A model generated the notes under the pieces. It ran no database searches. It was not told where the DNA came from and saw only the letters and a program-made list of their open reading frames with translations. DNA of 64,000 nucleotides from a virus: the IMG/VR virus record IMGVR_UViG_3300047462_000120, one strand, 5' to 3'. How positions within the stretch are numbered: the first letter of the stretch is position 1; each line of letters starts with the position of its first letter. Below are positions 19,401 to 29,500 of the stretch, in pieces. The translations under genes and the position numbers were made by a program.

Positions 19401-22400
19401 GTCGAATGCCTTCTGCGAACCGGCTTTATTACCCATTCCCTTCACGCCGGTCAGCCGCGAGCTATAGAACAGGTTTTTGTACTCGTGCGCCTCGTCCACC
19501 GACAGGTCATCGATACCCATCTGCTCAAACGTCAGCAGGTTATCCTTTGTGCCGTCGCCCTTGAGCATCTCCATGCGCGCTGTGATCTTGTCGCGCAGGC
19601 GCTCCGCCTCCTTTACACCAAACGGCTTGCGGAAACCCGTATCGTTTCCACTTTCCTTTGCAGCGTCCTCTGCGTCTTGAATCGCCGCTTCAGCGGCTTT
19701 CAATTCGACTTCGAGGTAGCGTTGTTCGGTTTCCTTGGCAATCGGAATAAAGTAGAACGAACTATGTGGGACGATCACAATATCGTGATCGCCGGTTGCT
19801 ATTTTTGCGAATAATTTACGACGCTTTGAGCGTTCAAAGTCGGCCTTACCAGCAGCAAGCACCTTTGCCCCCGGATAAAGCCGATACACATCCGATGTAA
19901 ATTGCCCAACCATGTGATTTGGAACAACGATCATCGGTTTTTTTGATAGCGCCATCCGCCGACGTTCCATCGCACGCGCGATCATGGTGAACGTCTTGCC
20001 TGCGCCAACCGCATGATCTAGCATCATGAAACGTTCGGAAATTCCACGCCAGATCGCATTTTTTTGGTGTCGGCGCATTGCAATGACCGCATCAGGCACT
20101 TTGCCGGGCAAGATCAAATGCGAGCCATCGTGCTGGCGATTGACGACTGTATTGAATTTCTGGTTGAACATCGACACCAGCGCGTTGCGGCGATCGGAAT
20201 CCTTGAATACCCAATCGCTGAATTCGCTACTGATTGCCTTTGCCTTCAAAACCGCAAGCGCGGTTTCCTCCTGATTGATATGCGGCGTGCCTTTCTTGTC
20301 GTAATCAAGCACTTTCGTAGCACGGCTATTGAGCAAGTCATTGATCAACGCAGTCGATGACATGCGCGTCGTTCCCCATTCATCCTCGTTTGCACGGATA
20401 TGGGCGCTGTTTTCGATAGAATAGCTATTGGTCAGCGGGGAAAAACGCACGCGCGAATCGCCACCTGAAATGTGATCAATGAAGTCTTTGTATGTCTTTG
20501 CCGGTATCCATGCCGCGCCCAGGATCGGCGTCACGTTCTCCGCGCCCCATGATTCAGGCTGTACTTCCGTCAAAGCCTTGACGTTCTGTGGCAATCCGGC
20601 ATTTCGCGCAGCTTCCAGCTTCCGCACCACCTGGCCGGAAAGGTATTCGTTACGGCTGACGATATCGCCAGTTTCCGGGTCAGTGAAAACCAACGGCTTT
20701 TCGGCATTGAGCATTTCACTTGAAACGGATTCCTTCGGCAGTCCAAGCAATGACGCGATGCGATCCATATCCACGCGGCCAGATTCCGCCAGCGAAATGG
20801 AAAGCGCATCAGCTTGAGAATCTGCGTTTGTCGGCGGCTCATACTTCCTGACTACGCGCTCAGAAAGAATCGGGGCGGGCTTTGCTGACGCATCGCGCGC
20901 CTTTTCCCCAATTTTTTCCGCTTTCGCCTTGTTGACAGCAGGCCGGTATCCATGCTCAAGCGCCTGAACCAGTGCGCCATCCGGCATGTTTTGCACGAGC
21001 GCAGAGTTGGACGGTTCGCTGATAAAGCTATTACCAGCCACAAACTTTTTGTAGGCCGAATTCAATGCCCGGCGGTTTGTTTCGATGGTCTTTGCAGGAG
21101 CGTCTTCGGCTTCCAGCGTCAATTGCTGTTTGAGCAAATCGCGAATGCCGACGAGTTCCTTCAGACGGCTAAACCGCGTTTGCCCCAACAGTGCGCCCGC
21201 TGGTATATCGGCTTCATTCGTAAATACCTTGCGCTCGTACAAATTACGATTGGTCGCAACGTCGCCTTTCATGACCTTGACGTTCTTGCCCTGCGCATCA
21301 AGTACTGGCTCTATCCGATACCATTGACCCTGCGCGTTCATATACAGGTCTGGTGCCCACGGCGATGCCGCCGATAAGGTGCGCTTGGTCAGTTCGTAAT
21401 CACCTTCAGGTGTTTCGCGCTCGATAACCTGCTGCAAGCTGCCATCGTTGTGGAAAGCGATCGAACCTTGCTCATTTCCTTCCAGAGCGATATGCAGGGA
21501 ATCGCTCATTGCTTTGTGCCGCGCAATCGACGCATCAATGGCACTCTGCTGCTGCGCCATCACATTTTCGGGCAGACTCGCAACAGCAGCCTTGAGCATG
21601 CCTGCAAGGTCACCGCCATTGTCCAGCCTTACCGTAACGTCTTTCCCGTGCTGCATGGAACCAGAACGCTCCAGCGTCCCCATAATCATGTGCGGGTTCT
21701 GCTCGAAGTAGGAATTGACTTGCATCGGTTCACCGCCAAGGGGATCGGGAACCTTTGTTACGTTCACCCATGCCGGAACCTGCGCGGCCAATGCTTGCCG
21801 CTGCTTTTCTGCATCCTTATCGCGTTCCGGCTTGCTGCGTGCGGCGGCAAAGGCGGCTTCCATGTTGCCTTGTTCGGCCTCGTTCAATCGTTGCAAAAAC
21901 AGGATATCGGTGACAACTTGGGTGCGCGCATTTTCCCGGAACGCGGTATCCGGCAGACGAATTGCGGCCAGCAACTTGGCTTTCGACGCCAACATTTTGC
22001 GCGCAGTGGCGTCTGCCACATCGAGCAGATAGCGAGACACGACCTCGACTTGCAAGCCGCCCGGTTTGACGGCATCGAGCGATGCCAAGGTGAATTGATT
22101 GTGAATCGAAAGGCGGTTCAATTCCGGCTTGAATTGAAATCGCAACGATTGATTACCGAATGGTGGATTACCAATGGACAGGTCAAATGCGCCATCGGTC
22201 AACGGCACATTCTGGAAGCCACTATTCAATACAGTTTCGTGCGGGTAGAGCGCTTGCGCGATACGTGATGTCAAGCTGTCGTATTCAACACCGACAAACT
22301 TGGTGTTGTGCGCCAAGTCTTCAGGAATCAAACCGAGGAAGTTGCCTGTCCCCATCGACGACTCAAGCGTCAAACCACCCTTGAAACCGAGTTGACGCGC

Positions 22401-23420
22401 GGCGTCCCACATGGCGTTGACAACGGTTTGCGACGTGTAGTGCGAATCCAGTGTCGAACGCGACGCAAGCGCAAATTCTTTAGGAGAGAGCAGCGCGGCC
22501 AGTTCGGGGCCGCGCTTCTTCCAGGCGTCCTTGTATTCCCCTGTCAGGGGGTCAGGGAAAGCATTTGCCAAACCGCCCCAACCGACATAGCGCGCAAGAA
22601 TGGCTTGCTCGGTGGGTGTTGCGCGACGATTTTCCGACTCGATCGCTTTGAGGGTGCGGATTGCAAGCAGGTTGTCGTTGAACTTCTCGACTTCGCCGCC
22701 TTTACCGAGTCGGACATCATCGGTAATGCGGAAATTCTGCGCCGGGATCGATGGCGCATTGCTCGGCGTTGGCCGGGGTGTTAGGTCGGCTCGATCTCGT
22801 TGTCCGGGTCGTGCGGATCGAACATCATGTCCTGATACCGCCTCTCCAATTCGGCCCGCTCGATCTCTTCCCAATCGTCGGGGTCTGGTTCCTCCGGTCG
22901 CAGGAGAATGAAGTGCTTCAGCGCCACTTCCTCCGCCGCGTGCGCCGGATATCCCTGTTGCATCAAGTCCGATATCTCGTCGAACGCCTTCCTTGCTGCC
23001 GTCTGAGTCGCTTCGTTGAACTCCCCGGCCCGTTGCAGTTCGGCTGTCTTCTCCGGCAGCCACTGCTCCCAGTGGTCGCGCGCCATCTTCGCGAGTGTTG
23101 TTCTGTCCATCGTTACCGCCTTCACCGTTTATTTTTCCGGCCGCAAGTTTATCCGAATTGCTTCCGTTTACAAAATTAGTAACTTCCGGGGCAAATTCGC
23201 CCCAATCTACGGTGTGTCCATCATTCGCAGCGATAGCATTGATCTGCGCAACGATTCCTGTGCGTTCTTGGTGCGCCTCGTTGAGCATCAAATGCGCCGC
23301 TGTCATGTACGCTTCGGCTTTGGTGACGCCATCCGTATCCATCACTTCGGCAACTCGTTCTTTGAGCGCGGCCATTTCGGACTTTGGGTAAGATGCCAAG
23401 CAAAAGGAAGGAGATGCCAT
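13431..23420 (-). CDS. Giant DarB-like polyvalent protein (about 3329 aa): N6-type DNA methyltransferase, SNF2/DEAD helicase, metallopeptidase-like, PLxRFG region
   Basis: LARYVGWGG, ESSMGTGNF, IGNPPFG (about 22150-22175); DHAVGAGKT (about 20000), DEAHEYKN (about 19490), TGTPISN, WKPSDIEQREGRIERQGN; HELYGHQG (about 16760); APLSRYG (about 15440). ATG 23420 is preferred over 23519 because the extension spans a terminator/promoter. Confidence 0.92.
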   Translation of the reverse strand: MASPSFCLASYPKSEMAALKERVAEVMDTDGVTKAEAYMTAAHLMLNEAHQERTGIVAQINAIAANDGHTVDWGEFAPEVTNFVNGSNSDKLAAGKINGEGGNDGQNNTREDGARPLGAVAAGEDSRTATGRGVQRSDSDGSKEGVRRDIGLDATGISGARGGGSGAEALHSPATGGTRPRRLGRDRAGRIGEAVSGHDVRSARPGQRDRADLTPRPTPSNAPSIPAQNFRITDDVRLGKGGEVEKFNDNLLAIRTLKAIESENRRATPTEQAILARYVGWGGLANAFPDPLTGEYKDAWKKRGPELAALLSPKEFALASRSTLDSHYTSQTVVNAMWDAARQLGFKGGLTLESSMGTGNFLGLIPEDLAHNTKFVGVEYDSLTSRIAQALYPHETVLNSGFQNVPLTDGAFDLSIGNPPFGNQSLRFQFKPELNRLSIHNQFTLASLDAVKPGGLQVEVVSRYLLDVADATARKMLASKAKLLAAIRLPDTAFRENARTQVVTDILFLQRLNEAEQGNMEAAFAAARSKPERDKDAEKQRQALAAQVPAWVNVTKVPDPLGGEPMQVNSYFEQNPHMIMGTLERSGSMQHGKDVTVRLDNGGDLAGMLKAAVASLPENVMAQQQSAIDASIARHKAMSDSLHIALEGNEQGSIAFHNDGSLQQVIERETPEGDYELTKRTLSAASPWAPDLYMNAQGQWYRIEPVLDAQGKNVKVMKGDVATNRNLYERKVFTNEADIPAGALLGQTRFSRLKELVGIRDLLKQQLTLEAEDAPAKTIETNRRALNSAYKKFVAGNSFISEPSNSALVQNMPDGALVQALEHGYRPAVNKAKAEKIGEKARDASAKPAPILSERVVRKYEPPTNADSQADALSISLAESGRVDMDRIASLLGLPKESVSSEMLNAEKPLVFTDPETGDIVSRNEYLSGQVVRKLEAARNAGLPQNVKALTEVQPESWGAENVTPILGAAWIPAKTYKDFIDHISGGDSRVRFSPLTNSYSIENSAHIRANEDEWGTTRMSSTALINDLLNSRATKVLDYDKKGTPHINQEETALAVLKAKAISSEFSDWVFKDSDRRNALVSMFNQKFNTVVNRQHDGSHLILPGKVPDAVIAMRRHQKNAIWRGISERFMMLDHAVGAGKTFTMIARAMERRRMALSKKPMIVVPNHMVGQFTSDVYRLYPGAKVLAAGKADFERSKRRKLFAKIATGDHDIVIVPHSSFYFIPIAKETEQRYLEVELKAAEAAIQDAEDAAKESGNDTGFRKPFGVKEAERLRDKITARMEMLKGDGTKDNLLTFEQMGIDDLSVDEAHEYKNLFYSSRLTGVKGMGNKAGSQKAFDLYNKIRVLRESPTGTITFATGTPISNSAVEMYTMMRYLAADKLSELGLDHFDAWRSQFVSTDAGWEPNETGRLKEVNRLGRTWSNMRSLMDLYNGFTDSVSNEDIKKAYAEDNNGEQFPIPTIAGGGRESVVVQPTSAQSAFLHNIIAGFDDLPKIDDPYERNIARLKLMDRARKVSLDVRAVDPGNPSDEKGGKLDVVADEIHNLYKQWDSDRGTQLVFLDRSVPKAREDAVALKNYDALLQQQSKALANNDDEALRRVGESLEQYDPNAMEEMRLAQNGGWNAYQQIKDNLIKRGIPANEIRFVQEANNDAQKQALFDSVNDGTTRVLIGSTPRMGAGTNVQQRLVGLHHVDVTWKPSDIEQREGRIERQGNSLLEKYGMDKFEAAIKAYATERTIDAKMWSLNASKLKMINGIRHYNGQFSMDFEDDSSVSMAELAALASGDPLLLERVKLMSEIDGLELLKRQHARKEWGIITQIEDAQRDIKNMPSIIAKQRADLDMLQRAFTDQSDKVAERKIEVEGKTYYTAEEAKKAAYAAQKEQQAGDEDAKFSIAINGKRKASQTSYMEEVSHAFGDAADFEMTMDGDKYIGRTDAARYIAEQAAKKTVGMMKDKEITEQLGSYLGLPLEATYSKNWTDYNITTLAVLRPDGSTLASGQTNPLEAYSTSGMRMAISTLDNDLDITLRKNNVADAEKQLKTAKASLPDLEARRGGVFAKQDELDAKNARLEQVIQELSQDKAAQAKEGDPLQNDVPLPEATNAQQAAALNEGVNASGDAPVLYSRQSADANAGTYREGATISRSDADKIVGGVVSSFKNGLAGTSIRVVDSFHDLPKFITDAAIRDNAENAIDGVHADNTVYVVRDQHTTAKQFEQTLLHELYGHQGFNKLFGPYLDQRMNDLFHAIGGMRGLNDIANRHGIDLSEYHAASANEHGDTSEQHISTMMSELLAHIAEDRPTLRTKIQSFLGMLRSWLRAHGFPNLSYGTDADLYYLLKQSRDALGQRTSPSEGDFSSDRNLYKRSLGDALTQAGNSIKEVRLPADYVIGDLFNDAGKLNWWHKTIGTQYNLAARSPLFKAVYDRVQNFIGDVSTYANEAADLAPTIIPKLEQMSDIWRKSPLSPADTKAIAAPIFEGTLTWARGIDGKPLKLADMEEAAKTLSVAQKAQVLLRKATIDDDQNKRWLALPKDEYDSTINDRFEQSELQGGIVWKPEELRSIFGLNDKQIGMYQEFRAATDRSIRNLAISDMVKFGGQDAEGMLDATMATGSVDKAGEMLRDHFMELAKSNPDRANSHLETASQMIAKSDKAQNLIDRGYAPLSRYGDYTVYVSQGGEEKYFGMFEDKAEAAKMARQMRANYPHATITHGTMSKESYKLFQGVSPETVELFGAMLGLDNNDAAGNEAYQAYLKLAKNNRSAMKRLIQRKGIAGFSEDSGRVLAGFLYSNSKLTAMNAHMGELNDAIEAIPKHHGELKDAAVNLAEHIKNPQGGGSALGGLMFAQYLGGSVASAMVNLTQPFTMAFPYLSQYGGVGKSAARMLDAVRLAGKKTTGDAKLDAAMKWATDEGIVSPQEIHQLKAQANGKGVLQSGDGTKFGDTKAAIGNTMSKISLGWGKLFSMAELTNRRVTFIAAYKTAIEEGIANPEKFAADAVSATQGVYNAGNKPTWGRTTIGGLAMTFKQFSISNLELLSRMATAGEPGSPERTAGRKGAMTMAAVLMLLGGVNGLPFEQDAEDVIDGILQRMGYNFSSKREKQEFLINALGQDGSDVALHGLSGLPGVPIDVAGRFGLGKLVPGTGFLVKKDSHASDVADVFGPVADLAKRAFDSGNKLADGKVLDAASDLLPASLRNIQKGADMLNTGIYRDDRGYKVNAVMPTESVMKMIGFQPNSTDRVKDADEQARDVVGQTKMASKEIQEQWAQGLASGDKEMVNDARKMRDDWNAKNPDTPIIISMPAVVKRVQEMRMSALDRTQKTAPKALKAAVHRELSEV
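22781..23110 (-). CDS. Nested gene in the +1 frame inside the DarB-like giant (about 109 aa, remote TnpV-like pattern)
   Basis: GAAGGCGG RBS-like sequence before ATG 23110; GC-rich third positions; helical protein-like sequence. The giant frame over the same bases is a G/R/A/D-rich linker. Confidence 0.7.
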   Translation of the reverse strand: MDRTTLAKMARDHWEQWLPEKTAELQRAGEFNEATQTAARKAFDEISDLMQQGYPAHAAEEVALKHFILLRPEEPDPDDWEEIERAELERRYQDMMFDPHDPDNEIEPT

Positions 23421-23456
23421 GTGCGTTACTTTCTTGGAAAAATTGAGACGAAGGCG

Positions 23457-23487
23457 AAAAAAAACCGCGCCAGTTAAATTGGCGCGG
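23457..23487 (-). terminator. Intrinsic terminator between the two giant genes
   Basis: Perfect 8-bp stem CCGCGCCA/TGGCGCGG, 7-nt loop, followed by T8 on the minus strand. Confidence 0.8.
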
Positions 23488-23506
23488 GATTGTAGGGTTT
23501 GTTTCA
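23482..23506 (-). promoter_or_regulatory. Phage promoter-like motif, copy 1 (TGAAACAA-n4-TACAATCCCGCGC)
   Basis: Same motif at 33620-33644 and 58957-58981; each lies just upstream of a minus-strand start and contains a TACAAT -10-like hexamer. Confidence 0.7.
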
Positions 23507-23562
23507 GAATTTCCTGCATCGATTTGCAGGATTTTTTTCACTGCTCTATTTGATGGTCATGC

Positions 23563-26500
23563 CTAACCTGTCATACAGGCGATAAAATCTTCCAGCGCCT
23601 TGACGCGAAAAGAGACATCACGCATTGCAACATCGGCAGGAATGCTCTTTTGCGACGGCTTACCTGTATCCGCATCGCGCACATCGACATCCACCCGGAT
23701 ATCGGAAAGAGGTTTGATCGGCAGTCTCGCTAGGTCTGGCTCTGTAGAATCATTCTTGCCGAAAAGGTGAGCGGCATCAGCATCACTGGCGACGATTTGC
23801 CCATTCGCTTTTGCCGCAGCCAATTCGCGTTCGTGTTCGATCTGTTCTGCCTTGGCCTGATCGACGGTTTGCCGCTTATCGGCGTTGCCATCCTTCGTTT
23901 CCGTAGACTTACCCAGGCGGGATAGCGCAACCTCCGCATATTTACGCCCAACTTTATCCAGCGGGTAGTACCGCCCCAGCTCACGATTGACTAACGCATA
24001 TTTCGGCACTGCTCCCTTTGAAATATTCTCGATCGACGTATATCCCTCGGATATGTGCCGGTCGATTACATCCTTCCCGGAAATGATCGTGTTGTCCTCG
24101 TTACTGGTACGGAATCTCTGATTGCTCGCTGCTTTCTCCGCATCCGCTGCATCTTCTGCGGCTTGCTTGGCCTTGAAAGCCGCTGCCTTGGCTTTTTCGT
24201 GTGCCTTGTCTTGCTCTGGCGTTACGCCAGCCCATTCCTTGAGTTTTTCCCATGCAGCACCCTGCGCCTTTGGCAGTTTTTCACCAGTGAACTCTGCGAA
24301 GACTTTCTTAGACTTGTCGTTAAGACCGTTGGTGATCCACTTCAGGTGATAGGCATCCTTGTTGATCAAATCATCGGCAAATTGGCGATGAAAATCAGTT
24401 GGCGTCGGGCTGACACCTTTACGGCCTTCGGCCAGCAGTTGCGCATAGCGTGTGGCGATCGCGTTGGGGTCGAGCGGCTTCCGGCCATCCTGCTCGGCGT
24501 TGATTTTCTCCAGGGTAGGCGGCGCATCACGTTTGCCGTCTATGGATTCCTGTATGACCTGGCTTTTTCCAGTCGCTTGCTCTGGTTCGTCCAGGCCGCG
24601 CAGCTTCATTTCCTTCGCAATCGGGTCTGCGCGCTTCGGCAGTTCGTCCCTTGCCTGCATGAGTTGAGCATCCGACATCTGCTTGACAGATAGGCGGTTT
24701 AAGTCCTTCGCACTCAGCTTTGGTTCGTCCGCTTGTGTTTCTGCTGGTTGATCGGCAGTGGCGCTGGCCTGCACCTTGCCTGATTTAATGTCGGCCACTT
24801 CCTGAGCCAAAGCGTTGCGAGCGTCGGCGTAGTCGTAGTTGCCGTAGTGATCGCTAATCAGGTCGTGAATGCGTTGCTCAGATACGCCAGCCTTCAAAGC
24901 CTGCTTGACCGCACCCGATGCTTCCGGGTATTGCGCCGTCAGCTTTTCTTCCTTCGGCATATCTATATAGTTGTTTGCCATGAAGAACGCGTAAGCGAAA
25001 CCTTCCGGCGTCACACTGCGCGCGTTCTTGGTCGCTTGACTCTTGCCACCATACTTTGCCCACATCTTGCTGCCTTCGGTCGGCTCAACATGCGCAGTAG
25101 GCAAGTCAGCGTTGAAATTCCCCCATAGCATTGTCTTTTTAGTGTACGGCTCGCCAAAATGATTCGGGTCGAACGACATGCGCGCCTTCGGCAAGCCGGT
25201 AAGGTCTTCAATGCGGCCGACAGGGTTTTCCAGGCACCATACCGCAGGCCGGAAATACTCAATCGTGCGCAAGGTTTGGAATACCAGTTGCTTGGATGCC
25301 TCGGTACGGCCATCCGCATCCTTGGCAGCAAAGTGCCTGCTACCGCTTGACGCAAAATCAGTGCATGGGGTCGCGGCCAGGATCGCGTACACATCCGTCA
25401 AGTCATAATTCTCGTTGAAATATTCCGCTGAAAAATCATGAACATCTTGCCCGGTCTGGATATCCATCGTGACCACGTTGTATCCCGCTTCTTTCCACGG
25501 TTTAGACCATTCGCCGGATAGATCGAACAGCGATAACACGGTCTTTTGCGAGTTTTCAGACCGATATTGTTCGCCTTGCTGTTTGGCGTGTTCCTTCCAG
25601 CCTTCGACAACCTTTTTCGCCGCTTCAACAGACATCACAGGCTGATCTTTGACGCGCTGGCCGGTAATGGTTCGCTTGTCAGGATCGGCAAAGAGGTTCG
25701 CCCACTCATCCGTGATTTCCTTGAAGTCGCTCTTGTCCATCGTCAGAGGGACAATGCTTTCGTCAATATCGGCTTGACGGATCTTGTTCGCTTGGTCTGC
25801 GGTCTTATCGTATTTCACATCACGATTCAACGGCGTGCCGGTGTTTTGAGCATGTTCTGGCGCTGTCGATACGCTCTTGGGCTTCGATTCAGCAGCAGAA
25901 GTATTTTTTGCAGCCAATGAAGCATCGATCGCAGCGCGCGCGCCATCCTTCGTTGCGAATGGGCCAGCTACAAAACTGCCAAATTGCTTGCCGTTTCCCT
26001 TCAGGTCGCGAGCCATGAAGCCGTTGCCCATTGACGGCATGTAAATCGAATGGCCCTTGTATCTTTCAGGGTTATTGTTTGCTTCAGTCGGCTTTGATGG
26101 CGCTGCGTAGCCAGTCACAGCGTCAGGATGGGTGTTCGCCACATCCATTTCGCTATCGGTTCCAGGGTGAAACTCAGCGATTGCGTTGTACGCGGCTTTC
26201 CATTGGCGCGGGCTGATTTTATCGACATGCGGTGCAATGGCAGGATTCGCGCGCATCAGCTTTGATGCCTCCGTTACCGCCTGCGCGAGCGATCGCGCAC
26301 CCTTTCGCACCAATAATTCGATAACCTTTGACAAAGCTGGCAGAAGATCGCCAGCGGTATGCTGCTGACCCGTGATATTCAGCTTCGCGCCGAACACGTC
26401 ACCCAATACGTCGCCCAAATGTGCGAGCGCATCGGCCATTTCACTATCAAACGCGATATCTTCCGCCGACTTTTGCGGTGCGGCAGGTTGTTCTGGAGTC

Positions 26501-29500
26501 TTTTCAGGCGCAACGGCGCGCGCTTGCCGTTCTTTCTCTGCTTCTGCGGCGCGCAGCTTGGCAGCTTCGCGTTCTTCCTTCAGACGACGTGCGCGCTCCA
26601 ATCCGGGAGGAACCTTAACCGCCGCGTTGACATCGGAAACGATAGACCCTTCCGGCGCATTTCGCGCAAATGGCTGTTTGGTATTGCCATTCTTGAGCCA
26701 ATCCTTGAACGCGTCCATCGACGTTTCGGCAATGTTATTGCCGCCCGTCCAGTCCTTGTCATAGTTGGACTGGTAAGCGTCGCGCGCCTCCTGCATCGAG
26801 TTGAAACCAAGCATAACCTTATGCTCATCAGGTTTGCCGGTTTCAGGATTGGCCTGATCGACAACGAACACTTTTTTGCTGTCTTCATGCTTGCCGATAA
26901 AGGCGTCGATATGGTCTTTGTCCATACCAACCGTACCCCTGATGTAGCCGTAGTGATGCTGCACCGTGGTTTCCCAAGGCGTACCGTCGCGCGCGACGCC
27001 GGAACGGGTAGAGCCTGCCGGATTTTCGACAGAGATATCCAGACCATTGAAGCGCACATGGCCCTTCGCATAGTTGCCCGCTTCCTTTTGCGCGTCAGTC
27101 GGCTCGGCAAGATCATTGAGCGGCGATGTCGCCGCTTCATGGGCAGCGCGATCGAGCGCGGTTAATGGCGCGCTGTGCGCTTCTTGATCTTCATTTGCAC
27201 CAGAACGGCCAGATCGTGCAAGTCCATCAACCGCTGCGCGCTGAGTGTTTTCGGTTGAAACGTTCTGCGCTTCATTTCTTCCCGCGTGGTCAAGTCCAAT
27301 TTGATCATTTTTTCGTGCAATTCCGGGTTCCAGACTACCGGACGATACATTTCCATTGACATCATGTGCCTTGATAGCTTGTTGGTAATAAGACCTTTGC
27401 CGGTCGTTCAACTTGAAAATCTTGGTTGACCCAGGCTTGTGCAAAATGTTGCCGCTCGGCGTCTTCAGGCGCATTCCCTGTGCGATTGCCGCATCGACGA
27501 CTACTGTGTTCACTTTGCCGGAACGTACTGCCGGTGCAACTACCTTTTCTGGTACGGCGTCGGTGAGTTCATTCGGTGAACTCGCTTCGGGCCTGATCGC
27601 ATCATCAATGTAGTCGTGGTCTTCGTCGGTAAGGCGCGGGTTAATGTAGCCATCGCGCTTGAGCAGAGCAGCATAAGCATCTTTCTTATTCTCTGATGCA
27701 ATGGCGTCATTGCTCAAAACTTGCTCACGCAACGCAGCGCGGTTCGCATCAGCCTGCGCTTTGTATGCCGCTGCTGTGCGGGCATCAGCGGCCTTGATCG
27801 CTTCGTCTTGTTGCTGCGCCGCTGCGCGAGCGGCCTGCTGCTGTTGCAGCGCTTCGATGCGCGATTGCTCGGCCTGTGCAGCAGCATTGCGATCACGGTC
27901 TTCTTTGAGCAAGCCTTCCATTTGCGCATGCTCACCGAATCCTGTCGGAGAAAACATTGCGCGCGTGGTCGCCATATCCTGTAACGCCTGATGCGAGATA
28001 GGTGGCAAGATCGAATCCATCGACCCCGGCTCCGCTGGCGTCTGCAAATGCTGTACGGCATTCAGGATGGATTGCGACAGAAAGCGGGTCGGCGCAGCGG
28101 TGTAGCCACCATCGGCATGCGGAATTATTGTCAGTGGCTTTTCACCTGACATATTCCAACGCGGGATCGCGTCCTGCAAGTATTGCAGGCCAAACGGTTG
28201 CCCCATCGTTGAGAACTTTTGCAGATTTTCCAGACCGGCCGTGTTCTGCACCTTTTCCGGTGCGGTATAGTCAATCGCGTTGGGGTGCGGGTGATTTGCA
28301 GGGTCGGTCGGGTCATAGAGCGACAATGGCTGCTTTACCGTCGATGGGTCAACCGGTTTCGATGTCGGCGTGTAGTCGATGGACTTGCTCAAGTCGGCAT
28401 TTGCATTCGCAATTGCGGCTGTCGCGGTCTGACCGGCGTTTGCTGCGCGCGTGAGTGTGCCAGTCTCAGGCACTAATTGCGGGTCAACCTGACCGGCTGC
28501 ATGCTGTCCGTGCGCAAGCGCACCAGTGCCAACACCCATGACTGCGCCGGAAACGAGACTATCTGCTGCGGCGTTCTCCACGCCCCTCATCAAGTCCGGT
28601 TCCCCATTGGCGACGTTGGTGAAATACTGTTCTTGCGCAGCCTGCGGCATACCCTGCAATACGCCTTGATGCAATGCCTCCTTACCCATTTGCATGAGTT
28701 TGTTGCCCGCAACGCCCACCGAATCCGCTCCGGTCGCCATTTGCAGCTTGGAGTCCCCCATCAGTTTGCCAGTACCGTAGGTAAGCAAGCCAGTTCCTAC
28801 ACCTGCTGCAATAGAAGGAAGTGCATAGTCGTCATAGCTTCGGCCATTTTCTGCCGCAGTCTCCGCGATATTACCGGCACTTATTGATCCCATTGACGCT
28901 GCGCCAACAGCATGCAGCGTGTTGCTTGCATTATTGATCGCCGTTTCCGCCGCACTCTTGACCGGAACGCCACTTGCTGCTGATGCTGCCTTTGCCGCTG
29001 CCGTGTCTGCCTGCAAAGCTGCTTGCGCTGCCGCCTGTTCCGTTCCTCCTGCTGATAGAACGCTCTTTGCTGCGGCCATGCCCTCATCACTGGCAAGCGC
29101 AGCCTTCAAACCAATGCGAGCAGCAGTCAAGCCGCCCAGGGCGTAAGTTTCACCGATATCTGGAAGAGATTCGACAATGCCACCCATCAAAGCGCGCGGA
29201 TTCTGCACGCCAGCAATGATCTTGTTGACAAAGCCGTCTGCGCTTGCAACCTTCTGATCCGACGCCTTTTGGCTATCACTCAAATAATCGCCAAGAAATT
29301 GATTTGTGGCTTCGGGGTCATAACCCACCGAGCGCAACGCATCGCCAGCCATACCGCCAGATACCAAGTCGGCGCGGCCGACCCAACTCTTGCCATAGTC
29401 AACGACGCCTTGTGCCGCTTTAATTCCCATATCGCCTATCGTGCGCATTACACCAGCTTGCGGGGGGGGCGGCGGGGGCGGTTGAACTGAATTAACGTAA

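Noticed and set aside
23421-23519. N-terminal 33 codons of the 3362-aa ORF as called by the track
   Set aside because: They span a terminator and the promoter-like motif; ATG 23420 is the more plausible start.
23520-23563. Possible programmed read-through joining the two giants
   Set aside because: The 2006-aa protein ends in a typical terminal motif (LEDFIACMTG) and a terminator follows.
23730-23984. Another alternative-frame ORF at the end of the 2006-aa gene (MATPISGK...)
   Set aside because: The product is not protein-like, and the host frame here has ordinary composition.
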